A stretch of 64,000 nucleotides of DNA from an uncultured Desulfobacterales bacterium (GTDB lineage Bacteria; Desulfobacterota; Desulfobacteria; Desulfobacterales; SpSt-501), in contig CALIUY010000009.1 in the NCBI GenBank assembly GCA_938048455.1, positions 582 through 64,581 of the forward strand, written 5' to 3'. Position 1 is the first letter of the stretch. Each line of letters begins with the position of its first letter. The notes beneath the pieces were generated by a model. The model had not been told where the DNA came from. It did no database searches and saw only the letters and a program-made list of their open reading frames with translations. The position numbers and the translations under genes were made by a program. Shown here in pieces: positions 8,750 through 16,636 of this stretch.

Positions 8750-8965
8750 ATGGCCACCGTGGACGCTCGCGGGCTTTCCTGCCCGCAGCCTGTGCTGCTC
8801 GCGTTGGGCGAGATGAAGAAGCTCGGCCGAGGGGCCCTCGAAGTCCTGGTCGACACCGACACCTCGGTCGAAAACGTGACCCGCGCCGCGGAAAGCCTCG
8901 GCTGGAGCGTCAAGGAGACGCAACCGGAAGGGGGCGGCTACCGGCTGGTCCTCGAGAAATCCTGA
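8750..8965 (+). CDS. TusA/SirA-like sulfur(selenium)-carrier protein, 71 aa
   Basis: MATVDARGLSCPQPVL contains the CPxP active-site motif. GGAGGAGG lies upstream, and the gene starts 11 nt after the yedE stop. Confidence 0.8.
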   Translation: MATVDARGLSCPQPVLLALGEMKKLGRGALEVLVDTDTSVENVTRAAESLGWSVKETQPEGGGYRLVLEKS

Positions 8966-8978
8966 GGCAGACCCCTTC

Positions 8979-9530
8979 ATGCTGCGCTGGCTGAAACGCA
9001 ACCCCGCGCGGGAGGAGAAATCCCCGCCCGCGGCGGCGGAGCGGGGGATCCTGGTTTTTGAAAACACCAGCGAGGTGATCCGCGCCGAAAGCCGCCTGCG
9101 GGAAAGCGGCCGCTCCGTGAGGGTCATGGGTCCGCCTCCGGAAATCCGCACCGGATGCGATCTCGTGATCGAATTTCCGCTGATCGAAGAACTCGCCGTC
9201 CGGCGCCTTCTCGAAGAGCAGGGCCTGCGGCCGCTCCAGGTGGTACCGGTCTCGGGGCCGCTTCTCAAGCCCGTCGACCTTTTCCAGGTCAAGGACTTCG
9301 GCGACTGTCTCATGGTCCGGGCGGCGAACATGAAGCTGACCTTCGAAAAACAAACCCGCCTGATCGTCAATGTCTCGGGCGGCGGCTGCCCCGATGTCCC
9401 CTATCTCGCCCGCGAGCTGATCGGGAAAACGCTCGAGGAGGCCCCCGAGCCGCGCCGCATCGGCCACACCCTCTGCGGTTACGCACTGCAGCTCGCTCTC
9501 GAGGAGTGCCGTCGGCGTTGCTCGCTTTGA
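8979..9530 (+). CDS. DUF3343-like (putative Se/S carrier) N-domain fused to an uncharacterised Cys-containing C-domain
   Basis: The N-part ILVFENTSEVIRAESRLRESGRSVRVMGPPPEIRTGCDLVIEF fits the DUF3343 pattern. The C-part carries VSGGGCPDVPY and GHTLCGY. Confidence 0.55.
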   Translation: MLRWLKRNPAREEKSPPAAAERGILVFENTSEVIRAESRLRESGRSVRVMGPPPEIRTGCDLVIEFPLIEELAVRRLLEEQGLRPLQVVPVSGPLLKPVDLFQVKDFGDCLMVRAANMKLTFEKQTRLIVNVSGGGCPDVPYLARELIGKTLEEAPEPRRIGHTLCGYALQLALEECRRRCSL

Positions 9531-10402
9531 TCGGAACCGTCCCCGAACCCGAAGTCGGCCTGGTGGAAGGCGAAGCCGGCCGGGAGCCGGGTTTCATCCG
9601 GGTGGGATCCCGGCGTTTCCCCGTCACCCGGGGGACCCCGGCGCTGATCGCCGCCTGCCTGGCCGCGGGGGAGGTTCTCGGCACGCCGCCGCCGGCGGTT
9701 TTTCTCGGCGGCGACATCGGCCGGGGCACAGGAAGCCGTCTCGTGTATCGCCGCCTGGTCGATCTTCTCCCGCAGGGGGACTTCTCCCTCGTGGTTTTCC
9801 ATTACCTCCAGCCGGATGTCGACTGGCACAACCGCATCCTGCTGTCCGTGGAAGGCCGTTCCCCCCGGCCGATCCTCATCGCCGACGCCGGCTTCATGTA
9901 CGCGGCCAAGATGAGCGGCGAGGCGCCGCGATACGATCTCTTCACCCCGGATGCGGGAGAGCTCGCCTTCCTCGCCGACGAGGAAGCTCCCCACCCCTTC
10001 TACACCCGGGGCTTCATTCTGCACGAGGAGCAAAACGTCCCCGAGCTGATCCTGCGCGCCTTCCGCCACGGCAATGCCGCCCGCTGCCTGCTTGTCAAGG
10101 GGCGCGTGGATACCATCGCCTGCGAAGGCCGCATCCTGGAAACCATCGCTTCCCCCTGCGTCGAAGCGCTCGAGCCGATCGGCGGCACGGGCGATACCCT
10201 CACGGGCCTTGTCGCCGCGCTCGTCGGCGCCGGCCGGGGGATCGCGGAGGCGGCCGGCATCGCCGCGCGGGTCAACCGCATCGCCGGAGCGCTCGCCGAC
10301 CCCACCCCCCGGACCCCGGTCCAGGCGTTGATCGAGCAGATCCCCCGGGCGCTCCGGAGCCTCCTTGATTCCGCGGCCCGCCTGCATCATAGTGAACCCT
10401 GA
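9518..10402 (+). CDS. YjeF_C / NnrD-like carbohydrate-kinase-family protein (ribokinase superfamily)
   Basis: Motifs LFTPDAGELAFL and EPIGGTGDTLTGLVAALVGAG are present. No ATG is available; TTG at 9518 with GAGGAG 11 nt upstream is the best start (TTG at 9527 is an alternative). It overlaps the preceding stop. Confidence 0.6.
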   Translation: MLALIGTVPEPEVGLVEGEAGREPGFIRVGSRRFPVTRGTPALIAACLAAGEVLGTPPPAVFLGGDIGRGTGSRLVYRRLVDLLPQGDFSLVVFHYLQPDVDWHNRILLSVEGRSPRPILIADAGFMYAAKMSGEAPRYDLFTPDAGELAFLADEEAPHPFYTRGFILHEEQNVPELILRAFRHGNAARCLLVKGRVDTIACEGRILETIASPCVEALEPIGGTGDTLTGLVAALVGAGRGIAEAAGIAARVNRIAGALADPTPRTPVQALIEQIPRALRSLLDSAARLHHSEP

Positions 10403-10647
10403 TGGAACTCGTGTTTCCCTGCCTGCAATCGGGCGGACTATTCCGCAGCGCCGACTACGAGATCGTCGCCTTCCGCGGCGTTGTGGAAAACGCCGCGGGG
10501 GAAAAGACGCTCGAGGCTCGGGTGCGTCTGCAAAACCCCTGCCCGCTTTGCGGCGCCCGTCATGAATACGCCGCCGCGGAGCTTCCCTGCCCCTTCGAGG
10601 CGGGAGATCCCGGCGGACGAAATCCTTCGGGGGAGTCCGGCCCATGA
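10402..10647 (+). CDS. Small hypothetical Cys-containing protein, 81 aa
   Basis: The ATG overlaps the upstream stop (TGATG) and its own stop overlaps the selD ATG (ATGA). It contains NPCPLCGARHEY. I recognise no family. Confidence 0.4.
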   Translation: MELVFPCLQSGGLFRSADYEIVAFRGVVENAAGEKTLEARVRLQNPCPLCGARHEYAAAELPCPFEAGDPGGRNPSGESGP

Positions 10648-11699
10648 GCCGTCCCGAAAAAGAGGGGCCCGTCCGCCTGACCACGACGGTGGCCGGCGCC
10701 GGCTGAGCCTCCAAGTTGGCTCCAGGGGACCTGGACCGGGCCCTTTGCGGTATGCGTTTCCCGACGGACGAAAACGTGATCGTCGGCCTGGAGCGGGCCG
10801 ACGATGCCGGGGTCTACCGCGTCTCCGAAGAGCTGGCTCTGATCCAGACGGTGGATTTTTTCACGCCGGTCGTGGACGACCCTTACGCCTTCGGACAGAT
10901 CGCCGCCGCCAACGCCCTGAGCGACGTCTATGCCATGGGCGGGGTGCCCAAGACGGCCATGAACCTGGTCGCCTTCCCGGTCAAGGAAATGGACCTCTCC
11001 ATTTTGCGGGCCATTCTCCAGGGCGGGATCGACAAGATCCGCGAGGCGGAGGTCGTGCTGATCGGCGGGCACAGCGTCGAAGACAAGGAGTTGAAATACG
11101 GACTCTCCGTGACCGGCTTCGTCCATCCCCGACGCGTGCTGACCAAAAAGAACCTCCGGGCCGGAGACCGCCTGGTGTTGACCAAGCCGCTCGGAACCGG
11201 GATCGTGAACACGGCGATCAAGGCGGGGTTGGCGGACGCGAAGCTCGTCGAGCGGGTGACGCGCACCATGGCCGCCCTCAACCGCGCGGCGGCCGAGCGG
11301 CTCGCCGCCTTTCGGGTGCATGCCTGCACCGACGTGACCGGCTTCGGCCTGATCGGCCATCTGGCGGAGATGGTTTCCGGCTCCGGGACGAGCGTGCACC
11401 TCGAGGCCGCCGCGATCCCGGTTTTCCCCGAAGCGCTCGACTTCGCGCGCATGGGCCTGATTCCGGCCGGAGCCCACCGCAACCGGGAGTTCCGCGAAGC
11501 GATGGTCGATTTCGACCGCGGCGTATCCCGCGAACGGCAGGACGTGCTCTTCGACCCGCAGACCTCCGGCGGCCTGCTGATCAGCCTGCCGGCCGAGGAT
11601 GCCGGGGCGCTCTGCGCGCAGATCCGACAAGAAGGCGGCACGGCCGCGATGATCGGCGAAGTGCTCCCCGATCCGGCCGAGCGGATCCGGGTCGGCTGA
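10644..11699 (+). CDS. selD: Selenophosphate synthetase SelD, selenocysteine-containing (UGA at 10704-10706, codon 21)
   Basis: The frame is continuous from ATG 10644 except for one TGA. The N-terminus MSRPEKEGPVRLTTTVAGAG-U-ASKLAPGDLDRAL parallels E. coli [25 protein letters not shown], with U at the Cys17 position and K at Lys20. Downstream are the AIR-synthase-like motifs DDAGVY, DFFTP, LIGGHS and DVTGFGL. Confidence 0.85.
10707..10740 (+). promoter_or_regulatory. Candidate bacterial SECIS hairpin downstream of the selD UGA
   Basis: UCCAGG-GGA-CCUGGA at 10721-10735 starts 15 nt after the UGA and has a G-rich apical loop. Flanking GGC/GCC could extend the stem. The fold was not computed. 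Confidence 0.4.
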
Positions 11700-11740
11700 A
11701 CCGCGGGGATTTTCCCGGAACTCGAAAGGAGACCGGAACG

Positions 11741-12343
11741 ATGAAGGAAATCGATTGCCGGGGGCTCGCCTGCCCGGCGCCGGTTTTGCACACCAAGGCG
11801 ACGCTCCAACAAGACCGTCCGGAGTCCGTCCGCGTGCTGGTGGACAATGCGGCCTCCCAGGAAAACGTGCGCCGCTTTCTCGAATCCGAGGGCTACGAGA
11901 TCCGCATTGAACGCACGGGGCAGGACTACGTGATCGTCGGCCGGGCGGCCGGTGCGGCCGCCCGGTCCGAAGAACGGGCGGCGGCCGCGAAACCGGCCCC
12001 GGATCGTCAAACCCTCCTCGTGCTCTGCACCAGCGACCGCCTCGGCCGGGGGGATGACGAGCTCGGCCGCCGGCTCATGGTGAATTTCCTCAAAACGCTT
12101 CGCGAAGTGGGCCCGGATCTGTGGCGGCTCGTCTTTGTGAACCACGGCGTCAAACTCACGATCGACTCTTCCGAAGTCCTCGAGGATCTGAAAGGCTACG
12201 AGACCTCGGGGCTGAAGATCCTGGTCTGCGGCACCTGCCTGAACCACTTCGGGCTCCTCGAGCGCAAGCAGGTGGGGGAGACCACCAACATGCTCGACAT
12301 CGTGACCGCACTCCAGCTCGCCGACAAGGTCATCACCGTATAA
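11741..12343 (+). CDS. yedF: YedF-type selenium-metabolism protein (TusA-like N-domain plus DsrE-like C-domain)
   Basis: MKEIDCRGLACPAPVL carries the CPxP motif. The C-half (LLVLCTSDRLGRGDDELG, ILVCGTCLNHF) is DsrE/DrsE-like. GAAAGGAG lies upstream of the ATG. Confidence 0.75.
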   Translation: MKEIDCRGLACPAPVLHTKATLQQDRPESVRVLVDNAASQENVRRFLESEGYEIRIERTGQDYVIVGRAAGAAARSEERAAAAKPAPDRQTLLVLCTSDRLGRGDDELGRRLMVNFLKTLREVGPDLWRLVFVNHGVKLTIDSSEVLEDLKGYETSGLKILVCGTCLNHFGLLERKQVGETTNMLDIVTALQLADKVITV

Positions 12344-12392
12344 CCGCGGCCGCGCCATCCCTGCCCCGCCCAAACCCTCCAGGAGGATGCCC

Positions 12393-12602
12393 ATGAAATA
12401 CGGAGCCCGCAACCGCATCACCGCCCGGGTGAAGAGCCTTCAACGGGGAGACGTCATGTCGCTCGTCAAATTCAGCGTCACCGAGCCGCACGAGATGGCC
12501 TCGGTGCTCACGACCGAGTCGGTGAACGATCTCGGTCTTCAGCCGGGGGACGCGGTCGAGCTCGTGATCAAGGCCATCCACGTGCTGCCCGTCAAGCCCT
12601 GA
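12393..12602 (+). CDS. Mop/TOBE-domain oxyanion (molybdate-type) binding protein, about 69 aa
   Basis: MKYGARNRITARVKSLQRGDVMSLV...LGLQPGDAVELVIKAIHVL fits the TOBE pattern. AGGAGG at 12381-12386 favours ATG 12393 over ATG 12387. Confidence 0.7.
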   Translation: MKYGARNRITARVKSLQRGDVMSLVKFSVTEPHEMASVLTTESVNDLGLQPGDAVELVIKAIHVLPVKP

Positions 12603-12620
12603 GGGATCGATCGGACGTCG

Positions 12621-12649
12621 TTGCATTTCGCGGAGCCGGTGGTTAGAAT
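12621..12649 (+). promoter_or_regulatory. Near-consensus sigma70 promoter TTGCAT-17 nt-TAGAAT, positioned for a leaderless clpX-like mRNA
   Basis: -35 at 12621-12626 and -10 at 12644-12649. The ATG at 12656 is 7 nt after the -10 box, with no purine-rich SD (the spacer is CCCTCC). Confidence 0.5.
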
Positions 12650-12655
12650 CCCTCC

Positions 12656-14410
12656 ATGGCCCGCGACAACGACCCGCTTCCCGACCCCAAGGATCTCGAG
12701 AAGGAAATCGCCGATTTTCTGGCCAAGAAGTTCGGCGGTCAGGTGAAGGTGCTTTCCCCGCTCGTCATGACCGCGGAGGTCCCGGCGGCGCCCCCCCGGG
12801 AATCCTCCCGCAAAGAGCCGATCCGCTTCGATCTCAAGCCCGAGGAGCTGATCGCCTACCTGGACGAGTACATCGTCAAGCAGGACCGGGCGAAGGCGAT
12901 CCTCGCGACCAAGGTCTGCACCCATTTCAACCGCATCCGCTGCCTGCAGGAGCAACCCGAACGCTTCGAAACGACGGCGGGCGCGATCAAGAACAACGTG
13001 CTCTTGATCGGCCCGACCGGCGTCGGCAAAACGTATATGGTCAAGCTCATCGCCGCGAAGCTGGGGGTGCCCTTCGTCAAGGGGGATGCGACGAAGTTCA
13101 GTGAAACCGGCTACGTCGGCGGCGACGTCGAGGACCTCGTGCGCGATCTCGTGCGCGAGGCCGGCGACGACGTCGAGCGGGCGCGCTACGGCATCATCTA
13201 CATCGACGAAATCGACAAGATCGCCTCGGCGCGGAACCATCTGGGGGCCGATGTCTCGCGGACCGGGGTGCAGCGGGCGCTGCTCAAGCCGATGGAGGAG
13301 ACCGAGGTCGAGCTGCGCGTGCCCCACGATCCGGTCTCGATGATGCAGGAAATCGAACGCTTCCGCAAAACGGGGAAGCGCGAGAAGCTCATCGTCAACA
13401 CGCGGCACATCCTGTTCATCATGAGCGGTGCGTTCACCGAACTCGCCCCCATCGTCCAGCGCCGGCTGGCGAAACAGGAGATCGGGTTTGCGGCCCGGAT
13501 CGCGGAACACCGAAACCCGGCGGCCCTGCTCGAAAAGGTCAAGGCCGAGGATCTCGTGGAATACGGGTTCGAAAGCGAGTTTGTCGGCCGCCTGCCGGTC
13601 AAGGCCGTCTTCGAGCCGCTCCGGGAAGAGGATCTCTTCCAGATCCTGTGCAACCCGAACAATCCCATCGTGCTCGGCAAGAAGCTCGACTTCGCCTCCT
13701 ACGGCATCGCGATCAAGTTCGACCCCGAATTCCTGCGCGGAGTCGCGGCGCTGGCCTTCGCCGAAAACACCGGCGCCCGAGGGCTGGTGAGCGCAATCGA
13801 AAAAGCGCTGTTGCCCTTCGAGCGCCGCCTGCCGACCTCGGCGGTGAAACGGTTCCCCGTGATCCGCGAGGTCCTCGAGAACCCCGAGAGTTTCCTCGCC
13901 CGGCTGCTCGCCGCCCCGGAGGATCCGGAATTCCGGCGCACGTTCGAGCGTTTGGCGGAGGCCGAGCGGGAGGGGATCCGCCGGCACCTCGAAGCGGCCG
14001 GCCGCCGCCTCTTCGAGAAAAGCGGCCTGACGCTCACGCCGGCACGAATCGAGGCGGTCGCGAGCGTTTACGGCCGCGATGTCGTCGACCTGTTCCGCGC
14101 CGTAAGCCGTGTCAAAACGGTCATCGACGAGATCAAGGAGGTCGAGTTTCTCTTCTACCGCAACCACGACCTCAGCATCGTCCTGGAGGAGGATGCGATC
14201 GATCTTCTGCTCGAGGAAGTCCTGGAAGCGGGGATGGCGGCTCGGGATCTTTCCGCGCGCTTGAGCCGCCAGTTCGAGCACGGGCTGCGTCTGGTGCGCG
14301 AAAAAACGGGTCAGAGCCGCTTCTTTCTCAACCGCAACGCCCTCCTCCACCCCGAGGAGTATATCCGCGTGCTGCTCGCCCTGCCGGCGATGAACCGGGA
14401 TGCCCGATGA
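12656..14410 (+). CDS. ClpX-like AAA+ unfoldase lacking the N-terminal zinc-binding domain, with an extra C-terminal region of about 170 aa
   Basis: Present: Walker A GPTGVGKT, pore loop GYVG, Walker B IIYIDEIDKI, an IGF tripeptide (KQEIGFAA) and sensor TGARGL. No C4 zinc-finger motif is seen at the N-terminus. Confidence 0.8.
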   Translation: MARDNDPLPDPKDLEKEIADFLAKKFGGQVKVLSPLVMTAEVPAAPPRESSRKEPIRFDLKPEELIAYLDEYIVKQDRAKAILATKVCTHFNRIRCLQEQPERFETTAGAIKNNVLLIGPTGVGKTYMVKLIAAKLGVPFVKGDATKFSETGYVGGDVEDLVRDLVREAGDDVERARYGIIYIDEIDKIASARNHLGADVSRTGVQRALLKPMEETEVELRVPHDPVSMMQEIERFRKTGKREKLIVNTRHILFIMSGAFTELAPIVQRRLAKQEIGFAARIAEHRNPAALLEKVKAEDLVEYGFESEFVGRLPVKAVFEPLREEDLFQILCNPNNPIVLGKKLDFASYGIAIKFDPEFLRGVAALAFAENTGARGLVSAIEKALLPFERRLPTSAVKRFPVIREVLENPESFLARLLAAPEDPEFRRTFERLAEAEREGIRRHLEAAGRRLFEKSGLTLTPARIEAVASVYGRDVVDLFRAVSRVKTVIDEIKEVEFLFYRNHDLSIVLEEDAIDLLLEEVLEAGMAARDLSARLSRQFEHGLRLVREKTGQSRFFLNRNALLHPEEYIRVLLALPAMNRDAR

Positions 14411-15621
14411 TCGGAATTTCCAAGCTCTACTGCGGCACGGTCGAACCCTCCGACGCCCTGCGCTACGGACGCGAGTCGGGGAGGCTTCCGTCGCACCTGC
14501 TGCAATTCTCCGCCGACAAAAAGCCGGTCGTCGTCTGGAACATGACACGACGTTGCAACCTGCGCTGCATCCACTGTTACGCGCACGCCCGCGCCCAGGC
14601 CGACGACGACGAGCTTTCCACCGCGGAGGGCCGGGCGCTGCTGGACGACCTGGCCGCCTTCGGGGTGCCGGTCGTGCTCTTCTCCGGCGGCGAGCCGCTG
14701 CTGCGCTCCGACCTGCCGGAGCTCGCCTCCTACGCCGTCTCCCGCGGGATGCGGGCGGTCATTTCGACCAACGGCACGCGGATCGACGCCGCGACCGCGC
14801 GTGCGCTGAAGGCCATCGGCCTCTCTTACGTCGGGATCAGTCTGGATGGAATGGAAGAGGTGAACGACCGCTTCCGCGCCGTCCCCGGCGCCTTTCGCGC
14901 GGCCCTCGAGGGCATCCGACATTGTCAGGAGGCCGGGATCAAGGTGGGGCTGCGCTTCACGATCAACCGCCACAATGTCGGCGAGATCCCCGCGATCTTC
15001 CGGCTGATCGAGGAGAGGGACATCCCGCGGGTCTGCTTCTACCACCTGGTCTATGCCGGCCGGGGATCAACGCTCGTGGACCAGGACCTTTCGCCGGCAG
15101 AAACCCGCCGCACGCTCGACCTTATCCTGGACGAGACCCGCCGGCTGCACGCCGCGGGAAAGCCCAAAGAGGTTTTGACCGTCGACAACCATGCCGACGG
15201 CCCGTATGTCTACCTGCGGCTGCTGCGGGAGGACCCCGCCCGCGCGGCCGAAGTCCTCGAGCTGTTGCGCTGGAACGAGGGCAACAACTCCGGCCGCGGG
15301 ATCGGCTGCGTCAGCTGGAACGGCGAGGTGCATGCCGACCAGTTCTGGCGGCACCTGAGCTTCGGCAACGTGCGCCGCCGTCCTTTTTCGGAAATCTGGA
15401 CCGACACCTCGCACCCGGTGCTCTCCCGCCTGAAGGAGAAAACAAAGTGGGTGACCGGGCGCTGCGCCCGTTGCCGCTGGCTCGATGTCTGCGGCGGCAA
15501 TTTCCGTGTCCGCGCCGAAGCCGTGACCGGCGATCTGTGGGCGCCCGACCCGGCCTGCTATTTGACCGACGAGGAAATCGCACTCACCCACGGCCCTGCG
15601 CCCTGTGCGGCCGGGGCCTGA
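14407..15621 (+). CDS. ahbC: Radical-SAM/SPASM enzyme of the alternative heme pathway (NirJ1/AhbC-like)
   Basis: The ATG overlaps the clpX-like stop (ATGA). Motifs [10 protein letters not shown]...[13 protein letters not shown] (CxxxCxxC), SGGEPLL and a C-terminal Cys cluster [12 protein letters not shown]. The AhbC-versus-AhbD assignment is tentative. Confidence 0.65.
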   Translation: MIGISKLYCGTVEPSDALRYGRESGRLPSHLLQFSADKKPVVVWNMTRRCNLRCIHCYAHARAQADDDELSTAEGRALLDDLAAFGVPVVLFSGGEPLLRSDLPELASYAVSRGMRAVISTNGTRIDAATARALKAIGLSYVGISLDGMEEVNDRFRAVPGAFRAALEGIRHCQEAGIKVGLRFTINRHNVGEIPAIFRLIEERDIPRVCFYHLVYAGRGSTLVDQDLSPAETRRTLDLILDETRRLHAAGKPKEVLTVDNHADGPYVYLRLLREDPARAAEVLELLRWNEGNNSGRGIGCVSWNGEVHADQFWRHLSFGNVRRRPFSEIWTDTSHPVLSRLKEKTKWVTGRCARCRWLDVCGGNFRVRAEAVTGDLWAPDPACYLTDEEIALTHGPAPCAAGA

Positions 15622-15643
15622 CTTTTCCTTCGAGGAGCCGCCC

Positions 15644-16636
15644 ATGCTCTATCCCGACACCCGCGGCCGCCGCCTGCGACGCAGCGAAGGCATCCGCCGC
15701 ATGGTTCGTGAGACCCGGCTTTCGCCGGAGGACCTCGTGCTGCCCCTCTTCGTGGTCGGCGGGAACGACGTGCGCCGACCCATCGAGGCCATGCCCGGCC
15801 AGTTCCAGTTTTCGATCGACCGGCTGCTCGCGGCCGCCCGCGAAGCCTACGGGCTGGGCATCCCGGCGGTGATCCTCTTCGGGGTGCCGGACCGCAAGGA
15901 CGCGCTCGGCACCTCGGCCTACGCCGCCGACGGAATCGTCCAGCGCGCCGTCCGCTCCCTCAAAGAGGCGCTCCCCGACCTCGTGGTCATCACCGACGTC
16001 TGCCTTTGCCAGTACACGGACCACGGCCATTGCGGAATCGTCGAGAAGGGACGGATCCACAACGACGCCACCCTCGAGCTGCTCGCCCGAACGGCGGTCT
16101 CCCACGCCAAGGCCGGGGCCGACCTGGTCGCCCCTTCGGACATGATGGACGGCCGCGTGGCCGAGATCCGGGAGGCCCTCGACGAGAACGGCTTCGAGGA
16201 GGTCGCGATCCTCGCCTACTCCGCGAAGTATTGCTCGGCGTTCTACGGCCCCTTCCGCACGGCGGCGGATTCGGCCCCGAAGTTCGGCGACCGCCGCAGC
16301 TATCAAATGGATCCGGCGAACGCCTTGGAGGCGCTGCGCGAGGTGACCATGGACATCGAGGAAGGCGCCGACATCGTCATGGTCAAACCGGCGCTCGCCT
16401 ATCTGGACATCATCCAGCGTGTCCGTCAAGAGTTCGACCTTCCGGTCGCCGCCTACAACGTGAGCGGCGAGTATGCAATGATCAAGGCCGCCGAAACGAT
16501 GGGCTGGCTCGACGGCAAACGAGCCATGATGGAGACCCTGACCGCGATCAAACGCGCGGGGGCCGACCTGATTCTCACCTACTTCGCCCCGGAGGCGGCG
16601 CGGCTGCTCCGGGATGCCGGCCCGGGGGGCGCCTGA
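15644..16636 (+). CDS. hemB: Porphobilinogen synthase (delta-aminolevulinate dehydratase), Zn-type
   Basis: Motifs [14 protein letters not shown] (Cys-rich Zn site), APSDMMDGR and VKPALAYLD. The ORF-track start at 15605 is upstream of the conserved N-terminus [12 protein letters not shown]. Confidence 0.9.
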   Translation: MLYPDTRGRRLRRSEGIRRMVRETRLSPEDLVLPLFVVGGNDVRRPIEAMPGQFQFSIDRLLAAAREAYGLGIPAVILFGVPDRKDALGTSAYAADGIVQRAVRSLKEALPDLVVITDVCLCQYTDHGHCGIVEKGRIHNDATLELLARTAVSHAKAGADLVAPSDMMDGRVAEIREALDENGFEEVAILAYSAKYCSAFYGPFRTAADSAPKFGDRRSYQMDPANALEALREVTMDIEEGADIVMVKPALAYLDIIQRVRQEFDLPVAAYNVSGEYAMIKAAETMGWLDGKRAMMETLTAIKRAGADLILTYFAPEAARLLRDAGPGGA

